Part shown: piece after piece, positions 14,301 through 25,756 of the stretch
Layout of the letters: each line of letters opens with the position of its first letter
Position numbering within the stretch: the first letter of the stretch is position 1
Assembly: GCF_964204645.1 (NCBI RefSeq)
Contig: NC_134036.1
Span: forward strand, 4,060,600-4,124,599
Direction of reading: 5' to 3'
DNA length: 64,000 nucleotides
From: Tubulanus polymorphus
Taxonomy: Eukaryota > Animalia > Nemertea
Notes under the pieces: model-generated
The model's database searches: none
The model's input: the letters and a program-made list of their open reading frames with translations, nothing else
Told to the model about the DNA's origin: nothing
Made by a program: the position numbers and the translations under genes

Positions 14301-17300
14301 GGTCTTACTGTTGATTAACTTATTAATTTGAACAGAAATATGAAAGATGTTACTGAGGGTCTTACTGTTGATTACTGATTAATTTGAGCAGAAATATGAA
14401 AGATGTTACTTAGGGTCTTACTGTTGATTACTGATTGATTTAAACAGAAATATGAAAGATGTTACTGAGGGTCTCACTGTTGATAACTGATTAATTCAAA
14501 CAGAAATATGAAAGATGTTACTGAGGGTCTTACTGTTGATTACTGATTGATTTGAACAGAAATATGAAAGATGTTACTGAGGGTCTTACTGTTGATTACT
14601 GATTAATTTGAACAGAAATATGAAAGATGTTACTGAGGATCTTACTTTTGATTACTGATTAATTTGAGCAGAAATATGAAAGATGTTACCGAGGGTCTCA
14701 CTGTTGATTACTGATTAATTTGAACAGAAATATGAAAGATGTTACCGAGGTTCTCACTGTTGATTACTGATTAGGCCTAATTTAAACATTTTCTTTCATA
14801 TTTCGATGAAACATTACTGAAACAAAAATTCAATTTGTTACTGATAGTACATTTCAGAGGTTGGCAACCCTGTGAATCTTAAGTTTGACGGTCTAGTAAC
14901 TAGGGCCTGTAGACATGTATTAGCTTTAATGCATTCAATAGTGCTACTAATTTATCAGCCGCTGAAGGTAGAAGTCCCGTCGTTCCATTCGCGTTGTTTG
15001 GTTTTTACCGTATACGGCGGTCGTTTCAGGAAATTCTCTACGCTCCTGAAAGACGCCGACAAAACGCTGTACGACGCGGTGCAGATGAGCCTCACGTTCA
15101 AGATGAAGACCGTGTTTCTGCCGACGAACGAAGCGATGAGTAAAATCCCGCCGGCGAAAGATCCGGCAGCCAGTCCTATGAAGAAAGCCGTGAGTATCTT
15201 CCTTACCCATTCAAGCGCGTCTACATTGCATCGCGGTGTAGCCTATTGATGTTACTAGTTTATCTCCATTGAAAGACGGCAGCACCTGTCGAACAAAGTG
15301 AAATATTAGTAACTAGTGATACATCGCAATGCGGTGTAGACACACTATAGCGGTTTTGTCATTAGTTCAGCGAACTGGGATGTTTCTAATTGAAAATGAA
15401 CTACAAACACCTGATATTAGACATTTTATCAGCTCACTTTCAAAAGCTGATCGTCCACACTTCACATGTGTCCATCGAATATCATCGAATTCCCAAAACC
15501 TGATCGTCAACACAACACATGGGCTTAGTACTACAGTACTTAGTACTACTAATACTAGTAGTACTAAGTACTGTAACAGTACTTAGTACTACTAATACTA
15601 GTAGTACTAAGTACTGTAACAGTACTTAGTACTACAGTACTTAGTACATTAGACATTTTATCAGCACACTTTCAAAAACTGATCATTTACACTTCACATG
15701 TGTTCAGTGCTTTCAATTGAAAATGAACTACTGACACCAGACATTACACAGTTTATCAGCACACTTTCAATAATTGATCCTTCACACTTCACATGTGTTC
15801 AGTGCTTCACCTAAGACATTTCTAATCAAAAAAGAAATACAAACACCAGATATTAGACTTGTTATCATCGAATTCCCAAAACCCGATCGTCAACACAACA
15901 CATGGGCTTAGTACTTCACCTGAGACATTTCTAATTGAAAATATATTAAAAACACTAGATATAAGACTTTCACCATCTCCGCAGCAGTCTTTAGTGTAAG
16001 GACCAGCGCGAGCGGTTTAACCTGTCAGTTGCATCGTTGTTTCCGCGATGTTTTTCAGATCGTCGACAGCCATTTCCTGGACGCTCTTTTCTTCGAAAGC
16101 GACCTCGCGCCGAATCAGGAGCTTACGTCGACCAAGCAGAATGCGTGCAAGCCAAAAATTCTCACCGAACCGGACGGCAAATGTACGTATAGAATTTTCC
16201 GTAGTCGAATACCTAAAATGTAAAGATAGATATTTATTCGAAGGTTTAACCCATTAGCGCTCAAGCCGCCTGGCCCGTTATCCCTCAAGCCGCTGCACAA
16301 AAATGGTTACAGCGGGATTTGAACCCAATAGCTTCGGATAAACTAGACATCCAAGATGTCAAAATTCCTATTCGAAATTCTGTATAGTATTTGCAGTATG
16401 AATATGACAGATTTTAGCACTCGCTTATATCTTAAGTAAGTCTGGATGAATTTCTGGGAGGGGGGACTAAATGTCGGGACATCATTGGGCAGGGAATAGT
16501 CGGGGGAAAAGAAAGTCGATTAAAAGTTGTCACCCTGTACTCCGTCGACCCGTAAAATGTTATTTCTTTCTCGGCAGTGCTGGTCGAATGCGGTCTGGTG
16601 ACGGCGCGAATCACGTCCGCGATACTGCTCACGAAAATGGTCGCCGTGTACGAGATCGACCGCCTGTTGAACTACGTTTATGAATCGGCGTACGACCAGA
16701 TTCAAGCTAACAGCAACCTCGGGTAAAACTCTCTCTCTCTTTCGCTGACGTATGCCGTCCTAGGCTGGGATTCAAACCTGTTGACACCGCGGCGCTCTGC
16801 CATTTTCCTACCTCACAGGGATTTGAACAGGGATGCCATCATGAGCTGCCAAATTCCTCCCTAGCTCAGATTCGAACCTGACGTTCCTCCCTCGCAGCGA
16901 TTCAAATCGCATGGCATCGTGAAACTGCCAAAATCCTACCTAGGCAGGGATTCGAACCTGATGACATCATGAGACTGCCACCTTCCCCCCCCGCAGGCGA
17001 TTCGAACCTGATGACATTCCAAGGACATGGCAGAGTCTCGCGAAGCCTGCCATGTCCTTAAAATGCCCCGAACGATGCTCAGTGGGCTGAGGGGAAAACG
17101 AAACCTCAAATCTATACCAAAAGTACCCTGAGTGGCACTGTTAAATAGAGGGCAAGAATAAACCTCAAACCTGCTGAGTGAATTGACGGGGGGAAAGAAA
17201 CCCAAGATCTAATAATTATTTCCTCGGCGGGTTTACGGAAAAGTTACCCATTCAAAGAAACTTGAACTTTATAGAATCTGTAAATTTTTGTTGCAGTGAA

Positions 17301-20300
17301 TTCAAGAAGCTGCTCTCGAGAGTAACGGGAGACACGACGATCAGGGCCATGTTGGAGAGCGGCCAACAAACGACGGTTTTCGCGCCGATAAACAGCGCGT
17401 TCATCGGCGTCGACCTGAATCAACAGGCTGATCTGGTCAAGGTAAGCAGATTCGCAGTAAGCGGGTGAAAAAAATCGAAGTACTGGTATTCGTTTCCCGA
17501 GTTCGATTTAAACTCTTTTCTTTTCGAAGAGAAATTTAAGCTCCTTTAGTTTCTTTCGGTAAGAATCTAGAACTCGCTTGAAGAGAAATTTAAATGCTCT
17601 TAGTTTCTGAGAGAAATTGAAACACGTTTATATTCTAAGAGTAATTAGAACTCTTCCGATCGAGAAGAGTTTCTGTATAAAAAATCACTGAACCTTTCAG
17701 TGCATTTACACCGCAGTGCGAAGTATGAATCAGTGATGGATGTTGCTAGTGCATCGCATCGCGGCGTCTTGATGTTATTAGCAATTAGTTTTTATATCTA
17801 ATAAAAGATGGCAGCACCTGTCGAACGCAGTTATATATTAGTTACTAACGATACATAGGAAACACCGTTTTTTTCTTGCGCAATCCGTATCAAACTACTC
17901 TTCTTTTGCTCATCCGCAAATTTGTGCACCGCAGTACGATTCACGGGCAGGGTGTGGGCGTGACGGGCAGGTTGTGCGCGTGACGGAGAGGTCGTGGGCG
18001 TCACGAGCAGGGCGTGACGGTCACGGGAGGGTGCGTGGGGATGGTGGCTTTCATTTCAAAAGCACGATGCGCGGACCTTTTCGATGATGGCACCGTTTCT
18101 AATGTCAACACAACACGCGGTTCTTAATTCGGGAGGTTAGTATTCGACACGATTCGTCCTTTTTACCTCATCAACCGCGGGTTACAGAATTCCTTCCTCT
18201 CGGCGGGGCGCCGAATTGTGATTCAAACCTCTGATGGCATCGCGAGATATAAAAGAAAAAAGCCCTACTTCAGACTCTTGTACTGTGGTACTCTGTCTGT
18301 TTTGTACTCTTGTACTGGATGAAATTGATCATAACTCCTTGTATACTACAGAACACTCCTCTCAAGTCGAATCAAAGACTTGAAAGTGATATCCTTGTTT
18401 GACAACACTTGACTCCGCTTGAGTCAGTTCTCGTTGATCTTTTGACTTGGGAGTGATATCAGAGTTGGATGATACAGTAGACTCCGCTATAGTCTGATCT
18501 TTTGACTTGGGAGTGATATCAGAGTTGGATGATACAGTAGACTCCGCTATAGTCTGATCTTTTGACTTGGGAGTGATATCAGAGTTGGATGATACAGTAG
18601 ACTCCGCTATAGTCTGATCTTTTGACTTGGGAGTGATATCAGAGTTGGATGATACAGTAGACTCCGCTATAGTCTGATCTTTTGACTTGGGAGTGATATC
18701 TGAGTTGGTCGGTAGGCCTACAGCATTTTTTCGACTAGAAATCATCAACATGAGAACAGCAAAATTCGTGACGCTTTGCCGTGCACGGGGTTGACTTTGT
18801 TGGGGGTTTGTTACGTCGGTAGTCAGGCGATGCCATCCGGTTCGAATCTCTGCCAGGGAGGATGGTCTCGTGTTTTTTTGTTGTTGTTCCGTAGTCCACG
18901 TTACGGATCGAAGCCCTGATTTGTTGTCCTCGTTTATTTTGATTTCCGTCCTCGCTTATTTCAGTTTTGATTTTAGTTGTAGAGAGCAGTTTTTTTATTT
19001 TGTCTCCTCCGAATTAGAAAGTTGGTCGCGGCGATTTTTGACGAAACCCCAGCCTCAGTAGATGTCCCATTTTCCATCCCGGTGACCGGGACCTGATTGC
19101 ATCGGAAGACTCTGCCCTGCCCTTATAGATATCTTCCCTGGCGATGTCATCACGTTCAAATTCCCGATTCAGAGGGAAGTCTCGTGATACCATCGGGTTT
19201 GAATCCCTGCTGCGAGGGAGGAACATGGCAGTCAAATGATGCCATCAGGTTCGAATCCCTGCAAAGGAGGAACGTGATAGAGTCTGGTGAAGCCATCGGG
19301 TTCGAATCCCTGCGAGGGAGGAACGTGATAGAGTCTCGCGATGCCATCAGGTTCGAATCCCTGCGAGGAAAGAGTCACGCGGCAGAGTCTGGCAACGTCA
19401 TCAGGTTCGAACTCTTGATTCGGATCCCTGCAACGAACATATAGATGTAAATAAGACTCAAGAGTAGCTAATGATACAGAATCGGCGACGAATTTTTCGA
19501 CTCGTCTGTGTGTTGTTCGTAGAGGGTTTCATTTTTTAAACGTCTTATTTTTACCGGGGTGTTGAGAACATGTTGAAAATATGATATCAGCGTTGCGTAC
19601 AGTACCGAGTCGACGCGTGTGTTTTCGTTACAAAACGATGGGTGTCGGTTATTTTATCGAGCGTAGTTTTAAAAAACCATCATGTAGGAGGGAGAAGAAG
19701 GTTTTTTGTTTTCGTTTTACGTTTTCCAGGTGATAGTAACTTGCTCATGATATTCAGCCCAGCCAGTGTAACAGCAGGGTGACAACTGACCGCTGGGGAG
19801 TTGTCGGTACATCTGCCAGAGAAGATATTGATTTGGGAACATTGCTCTCTAACGTGGGAAATTTTTTGAAAATTGTCCGGGAATACAGGACTAGTAGGGG
19901 CTAAAGTTGTCACCCTGGTATACACCACCAGTTTACCGTTCGCGAGCTTTGATAGTCACAAATATTATTCTCGAAATCAGAATGATTTCTAGTATTCTAG
20001 TTCATTTTCGATTAAACTACAGTTTTTTTTCGTCGTCAAATTGTGATGAAAACCACTACGTAAGTAGATACGCCAATATAAACGGGCGTTCGCTTTTTTT
20101 TTCCAGATCGTAAAATGTCAAATTCACAGCACGAATTCGTACAGCGTCGCGAACCTGAAAAGCTTGGTTTCGTCCGGAAACGGTCAACTGCAAACGATGG
20201 ATCCGACCGTCAGTCTGAAAGTGGCCCTGACGGACTCGGGCATGGGTACGTAGGACATAAAAGCTGATATAAAAAACAAAATGATCAGGATTTTTATTTG

Positions 20301-22951
20301 AAATCAGCCTGGCCAAATACTAGGAAAACCTTGTGGGTTTTGATTCATTAGAATCATAGCTATGCTTGAGTAGCTAGCTGGCTAGCTATGTACATAGCCT
20401 AGATCATACACCTTTGATGTCTAGACATAGCTGGTGGCGTACATACTTAATATACACAGGGTCCCTATGACCCTTGATAAACTCATTCAAAACTGCTAGA
20501 ACTCCTTGCATTTGAGCGAAATGCCCAAAACTCCTTCAATTTTGAGAAATTGGCAATTAGATATATTTGTCTAGTTTGCAGGTGTCAACTACACCTGAAT
20601 TGGTACAGTTTAGCTAGTTAAAAGGATAAATAAATGCTCATAAACCACTGTATTAACATTAAACTGTACCGATTTAGGAGGAGTCTACAGCAATCGGCGT
20701 AGAAATATGAAATTCCCTGCAATATGAAATTTCTCATTTAAAACTCCCTGAGAAAAATGAACGATCTGTAGCAACCCTGCGTATATCAGTCGCACGCAGT
20801 ACTGGTACATACATACATCATCGATGTTATTACGCTCTGTTACAGGCGTGACGCTGCAGAAAGGAGCCAGTCCACCGGTGTTGGTCAGCACCGGCGACTA
20901 CGGCGTCACGACCGGTTTCGTACACCACACGAACGGATTGTTCTGCGCGGCGAAACACACCATCATGGTCATCCTCGAGTCGCACCAAAACATAAAGTAA
21001 GTGTCGTCGAGATCGGTCCTTCTCATAATTATGGTCTTCACCTGAGATATATCGTTTTTAGATCAGAAATGAACTGTACTGCCAATCTTGGTGATAACCT
21101 TGACACTATATCAATATTATGAGATATATATATATATATATATACACACATACAATCCAGCGACAAAGAAACCAATTCAAGCAATCAAAGATGATACAAA
21201 CTAAAGGAAAATAAACGTAGATTAACTTTAATTCGGTATCATCTTTGATTACTTGAATTAGTTTCTTTGTCTCTGGATTGTATATCTCATAATTTCTGTT
21301 GGAATTCATTATTCCTGAAGATGACTATCAGGAGATAGTCGAAACGTTGAATAATCGACTAGCTTCAGTTACGTTTTCGCACTGTTTCTTCGTTATTATT
21401 GTGGGATTCTCTCGACTTATACTATTATATCATCGTGAATTCAAGAACAAATTGATTCTTGGGCTCAAAAGTAAGACGTACTCAGTTGATCTTACTCGAC
21501 CCGTGGTCCTTTATTTTTCTGATTTTTTCTCCGACAGCGTGTTCGTCGGTCTGCTGAAAGCCGTCGGTCTCGACGCGATGTTACAGAACGACACGGCCAG
21601 CACGTACAACGTGTTCGCGTTGCCGAACGAACGCATCGCCACGCTGAATCAGCAACTAGCCGCGAACCTTAAACTGAGCACGAAAAATCTCGAGACGACG
21701 AAAGAGGTACGTGAGGAGGGACTGTTTGATCGTCTATCAGCTGAACCTGATAGATGACACTGCTGCGTTCCTCCCTTGGCAGGGATTCGGACCAGATCGC
21801 ATGGTGAGACTGCCACATTCCTCCCTAACAGAGATTTGAACCTGATGGCTTGGTAAGACTATCATGCTCCTATCTCACAAGGATTTGATCCTGATGGCAT
21901 TGTGAAACTCTCCCTCGTTGGGATTTGAACCTGATGGCGTCGTGAGACTCTGCCACGTTCCTCCCTCGCAGGGATTCGAACCTGATGGCATCGCGAGACT
22001 CTGCCACATTCCTCCCTTGCAGGGATTCGAACCTGATGACATTGCGAGACTATCATGCTCCTCCCTCACAAGGATTTGATCGTGATGGCATCACAAGACC
22101 CTGCCATGATCCTCCCTAGCAGGGATTTGATCCTGATGGCATTGTGAGACTCAGCCACGTTCCTCCCTCGCAGGGATTCGAACCTGATGACATTGCGAGA
22201 CTATGCTCCTCCCTCATCAACCCGATGGCTTGTGATGGCATCGCTAGACTTCTGATCGCTTTTTTTTCGCCGTTGTTTTTTCCAGTATTTGCGCTCGTTC
22301 ATCGTGAAAGGTCCGAAGATCAACCTGGCGTGCAACAATTCGCCGTTCAACGCCGTTAACGGTTATAAGATCACGATTTCGTGTTCGAAAGAATTCGGTA
22401 AGGGTGTTTTTTCGAAGCCGACTCAAATAACCGGCCCGTGTCAAACAATCCGAGCAGTCCTACCGTCAAACTGTCGAACTGCGCGTTAGATCCAATGTCA
22501 TCTGGTGGATCCTCGTTTGCCACAAGGGTTCATCCGTCTATTGCTGCAGTAGACTTACTACACACTAGCAACACCCTCGTCATTAGATTTATTTTAGATA
22601 TTTTTAAAAATTTGTCTTTGCCAATAAATTTTTTCCAGATGGCACATTCGAAATTTGAAATCTTTCCTCGCTTGCCAGCGGGGGATTGTCTTTTCTTCCA
22701 TTCGTACTATACGTATCTGATTCTGTTTTTCAGGCGCTACGATTTATAACTACAACGTGAAGAATACCGCGACGCCGTTCGAACGCCTAAACGACAGCGA
22801 CGCCCCGAACGGTCGAGTGTTCATACTCGCCGGGAGGCTGCCGAAAATCGGCAAGATGACCAGCGCGGCGCGGTCGACGACGCGGGCCACCTCGACGACG
22901 ATCGCAGCTTCGGTCGTTATGATTCTCGCGGCTAAATTCGTGATCAGTTAG
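1966..22951 (+). CDS. Fasciclin-1-like cell adhesion protein: signal peptide, four FAS1 domains, GPI-anchor-type C-terminus, 618 aa
   Basis: 13 GT-AG exons join in one open frame (1857 nt including stop): 1966-2079, 11925-12075, 12873-12967, 13867-14000, 15030-15189, 16059-16182, 16578-16722, 17297-17441, 20107-20245, 20846-20996, 21538-21706, 22286-22397, 22734-22951. Signal peptide: MDLFGSVLLLMSVMLMTATVTG-QQ. FAS1 H1 motifs: FVVPTNQA, TVFLPTNEAM, TVFAPINSAF, NVFALPNE. H2 motifs: AFVVDAVM, VYEIDRLL, GFVHHTNGL, NGRVFIL. The hydrophobic tail IAASVVMILAAKFVIS* has no cytoplasmic domain. Confidence 0.9.
6950..7280 (+). repeat. ~51-bp B-box minisatellite array
   Basis: Same unit as 21740-22250, on the plus strand. 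Confidence 0.9.
8794..8960. mobile_element. MITE family A, second copy
   Basis: Reverse complement of 263-429, with the same TIRs. Confidence 0.75.
11435..11695. repeat. 60-bp minisatellite family
   Basis: Unit TCATAATTTTACTGAATCGTTGAAGTTATTGAGAATGAGAAGGTCGTCGTTAGTAACTAA. Also at 30195-30480 and, inverted, at 35140-35620. Confidence 0.9.
12177..12668. mobile_element. MITE family C with an internal ~120-bp triplication
   Basis: Termini AGTGCGTCTACAC.GCAGTGCG and CGCACTG...TGTAG..GCACT. Shorter copies lie at about 8132-8320, 15214-15347, 17698-17855 and 24247-24308. Confidence 0.65.
13054..13306 (-). mobile_element. tRNA-derived CORE-type SINE with an L2-like tail
   Basis: Head with A box (GGCGAAGTGG) and B box (GGTTCGAACCC), CORE-like GTGTCCTCGCGCAAGACACT...CACTCCACCCAGGAGTAAAT, tail TGTAAAGCGCTCTGAG ending in short (TAT)n repeats. 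Confidence 0.8.
14142..14773. repeat. 56-bp minisatellite, about 11 copies (fasciclin intron 4), preceded by about 3 copies of a 30-bp unit
   Basis: Unit TGATTAATTTGAACAGAAATATGAAAGATGTTACTGAGGGTCTTACTGTTGATTAC. The 30-bp unit TGACCCGTACAGCTCCCATCTGGTTTATGG spans 14064-14146. Confidence 0.95.
15370..15970. repeat. Abundant ~110-bp dispersed/tandem repeat, here interrupted by AGTACT-rich palindromic repeats (15525-15650)
   Basis: Unit TTGAAAATGAACTACAAACACCAGACATTAGACATTTTATCAGCACACTTTCAAAAACTGATCGTCCACACTTCACATGTGTTCAG.ACTTCACCTGAGACATTT. Other copies lie at about 4750-4925, 7930-8060, 10450-10770, 29310-29570, 31860-32110, 32800-32930, 36525-36690, 42540-42920, 55150-55310, 57550-57790 and 58770-58935, in both orientations. 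Confidence 0.9.
18410..18710. repeat. 60-bp tandem repeat, about 5 near-perfect copies
   Basis: Unit ACTCCGCTATAGTCTGATCTTTTGACTTGGGAGTGATATCAGAGTTGGATGATACAGTAG. A related degenerate array in opposite orientation lies at about 47870-48440. Confidence 0.95.
19100..19440 (+). repeat. ~51-bp B-box minisatellite array
   Basis: Same unit as 21740-22250, on the plus strand. Confidence 0.9.
21308..21355 (+). ncRNA. Minimal type I hammerhead ribozyme motif (Penelope-like-element type), intact
   Basis: ATTATTC-CTGAAGA-T-GACTATC-agga-GATAGTC-GAAA-CG-TT-GAATAAT: 7-bp stem I, full CUGANGA and GAAA core, 7-bp stem II, palindromic ACGU in place of stem III, GUU cleavage triplet. Confidence 0.8.
21740..22250 (-). 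repeat. ~51-bp B-box-containing minisatellite (largest array of a dispersed family)
   Basis: Unit ATGCCATCAGGTTCGAATCCCTGCGAGGGAGGAACGTGGCAGAGTCTCGCG. Other arrays or single copies lie at about 6950-7280, 13725-13790, 16765-17055, 19100-19440, 41750-41870 and 46355-46420. Confidence 0.9.
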
Positions 22952-24726
22952 AGGGATGAAATAGGGATTTCTCGTTTTTTTTTTTAATCGTCGCGCAGTT
23001 GTAAGAACGTTTTATGATGATCGCGCGTGTCGAATATTGCTCGAAAGTCGTTCAGAACCAAAGGACGGTATTCCCCGGGGGTGGGGGGGCAGATCTAGGA
23101 AAATTGGCTGAAGAAAAGAAAATGTATTTTTCGGATAAAGCAGGCATGTTGAAGGCCACTAGCCGGATCCCACCCTCGGTGTTAAAATATTTTTGAAGAA
23201 ATCTGGCTACAAGATGCTAATTCCTAAAGGATGAGCATCAAAATTTTCAAATTATTTCAATTCTTCGAAGACTATAGTTCACAACCGGGGAATCGGATCC
23301 CAAATTTTAGAATCGAACAACTTTCGAGCAACCCTGACACGTGCTGTTAACGCGAAACAACCGCAGTCTCGAGATGCGAGATCGCGCGTACAAACTACAG
23401 TCGAACACGCCCAGATTTCTTTAGTTTAAGTAAGATTTGAATTATGTTAACGTGGTTCCAGGTTGAATGGATCGAATATTTCATCCAAATCAAGTGAGAA
23501 AGCCGGATTGAAAAATGTTAATTCGAAGCGAGTTCTACTGTATAAGGAAGATTCTCGAGTCATTTCTTTAGCGACGCATCTCATTTCAAACAGCTGAAAA
23601 CAAAAGTGATATTTTACGCGCGAAATGTATGCAACTGCAACAACTAACCCGTAGAAGGAATTAGAATTTTTTTTCAAGACAACTGAGATAGAAAACTGCT
23701 TTGTATAGAGGTGCATACATGTATCGTATCTGATTCTTGTTGTATGTCAAAAATGTCGAAAATTACGCTCACCAACTTCAGGTAGAACATGGCTTACATG
23801 ATGCCTTATACATCTTCTAGCGCAACTAAGTGAGTTTTGTGATGGAAACTAGGATGAAGGGGAGATCCGTAAGGTATTTCAAAACTAAATAGAGCTCATA
23901 TCCGTTGTCGTCCGTCAAAAATCATTTAATTGTAAAATTGTGTGAATTATAAATTTTGCGAAGGCATAGTACACGTCTACTGCGCCTGAATCTGGCTGCC
24001 GCGCATCAGCAGTTCAGGGCTGGATCCAGGCTGTAAGAAAGGGGTTCACCTTATAGGGCACTTAATAGTCGTGGCCAAAGGGGGTCCTGCCCCAGAACAT
24101 TTTGAAAAAGTTTAGGTACATTTTAATGCAATCTGAGTTCATAGAACTCATTTAACCCTTTCAGTGCTGACTAATTAATACCCTTTAGTGCTGGAGATTT
24201 AAAAAAATTCCACCTTAGTGTGTTAAATAACGGCAATACCACTATAGTGCGTCTACACCGCGGCACGGTGTATCATTAGTTGCTAGTACATTACTATGTT
24301 TGACAGGTGTTTCGTGAGCAGTTCGCTGAAATTCGAAGAAACGTTCAGGACACGAATACACGACAAACGACGTCAAGCTGTCGCCGGCGAAAATCGATTT
24401 TAAATTTCCAATTTCGAGCGATTAATCATCGTTCGAGTATTGTCCGCGTCGATGGCAGCGTCTTGTGACAATAGTGTATCCGTCATCATGAGCGGTGTCT
24501 CTATCTGTTGTCTGTTACATCGACTCCAAGCTGTTGGATTATCGAAGAAAATCATGTATTTGAAATTAGGCTGAAAAACGTCGATACCTCGTTTCTCAAT
24601 TTTCTGCCGAGCTTAAAAAAATGGTGACCCGGTCGGCTGCCTATCTACCCTGTACATTACTTTTCAGAAAATCATGATCAAGCTATCAATAACAGACCCG
24701 ACAACTATTAGGGGGTGTGTACAGAC

Positions 24727-25020
24727 CAGGGGCGAATCCAGGGGCATGTTGGGACCATGTCGACCAATAAAAAGGGCATATATTGTTAATTTAGGGCCGA
24801 AGGCATATCAGCATAATTTTTGAAATTTTACTATCAATTTAGAGTTTTCTGAGCATCTCTGAGAGGCATTTATAGTCAAGAAACAAAGGTTATATATTTA
24901 TGAAAAATATCTATTGTGTATCTCGGGTGGTTACAACGGCAAATTTTGATACACAGAAAAAATAAAAAGGCAATTCTGACCATGTCGACATGGTCGACTC
25001 TGTCTAAATCCGCCCCTGCA
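24727..25020. mobile_element. MITE nested in an older dispersed repeat
   Basis: Termini CAGGGGCGAATCCAG and CTAAATCCGCCCCTG. The host sequence on either side (about 24590-24710 and 25090-25200) occurs uninterrupted at about 37010-37200. Confidence 0.55.
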
Positions 25021-25611
25021 GACAGCAGGTTCGATAGCTGCATAAAGGTCTACTCAGTACATTACTTTTAAAATACCACCATCGGGCAAAACAATAACAG
25101 ACCTAGCAGCTATAAATAAATGAACTGATTACAAATTTTATTGCGGTTTACTCAAATGCCCCGGCCGATTAGGAGAAACAAGGTATCATTCGTTTAGCCT
25201 TACTTAAGACTTTTCAAAAAAGCTCTCAATGAAATAGTAGGCATGTTATACAGCTGTTTTCGCGGAAAGCTAGCGCGATTTCCTAGTAAATTATCCGTCC
25301 TTAACGTTATTAGAAATTGCCAAATCATCGGTGAACTTAAAAGAAAAAACAAAACTTAAAGTTAAAGAAAAGGTAAACCTAAGCATTCCATCCATATCCC
25401 GGGATATTCGTTTTGCTCATTTTGTAGATGGTTCTGTATTGCCAACTTTTCGATACTGATCGAATCAGTTAATCATCGATTTAAAAACGTTATATCCGTG
25501 TTGTGTGACGATAATGTGGTAGAGAATCCCACAATAATAACGAGAAAAATAATATAAGGTCCGGAAATGTTTCCTGGGGCTCTAGTAGTTTGTTCGACGT
25601 TTCGACTATAT

Positions 25612-25745
<134 letters not shown>

Positions 25746-25756
25746 TCATATTCTTG

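Noticed and set aside
18362-18751. 129-aa minus-strand ORF with SSNSDITPKSKDQTIAESTV repeats
   Set aside because: It arises from a 60-bp intronic minisatellite that happens to lack stops; the related array at 47.9-48.4 kb does not keep the frame.
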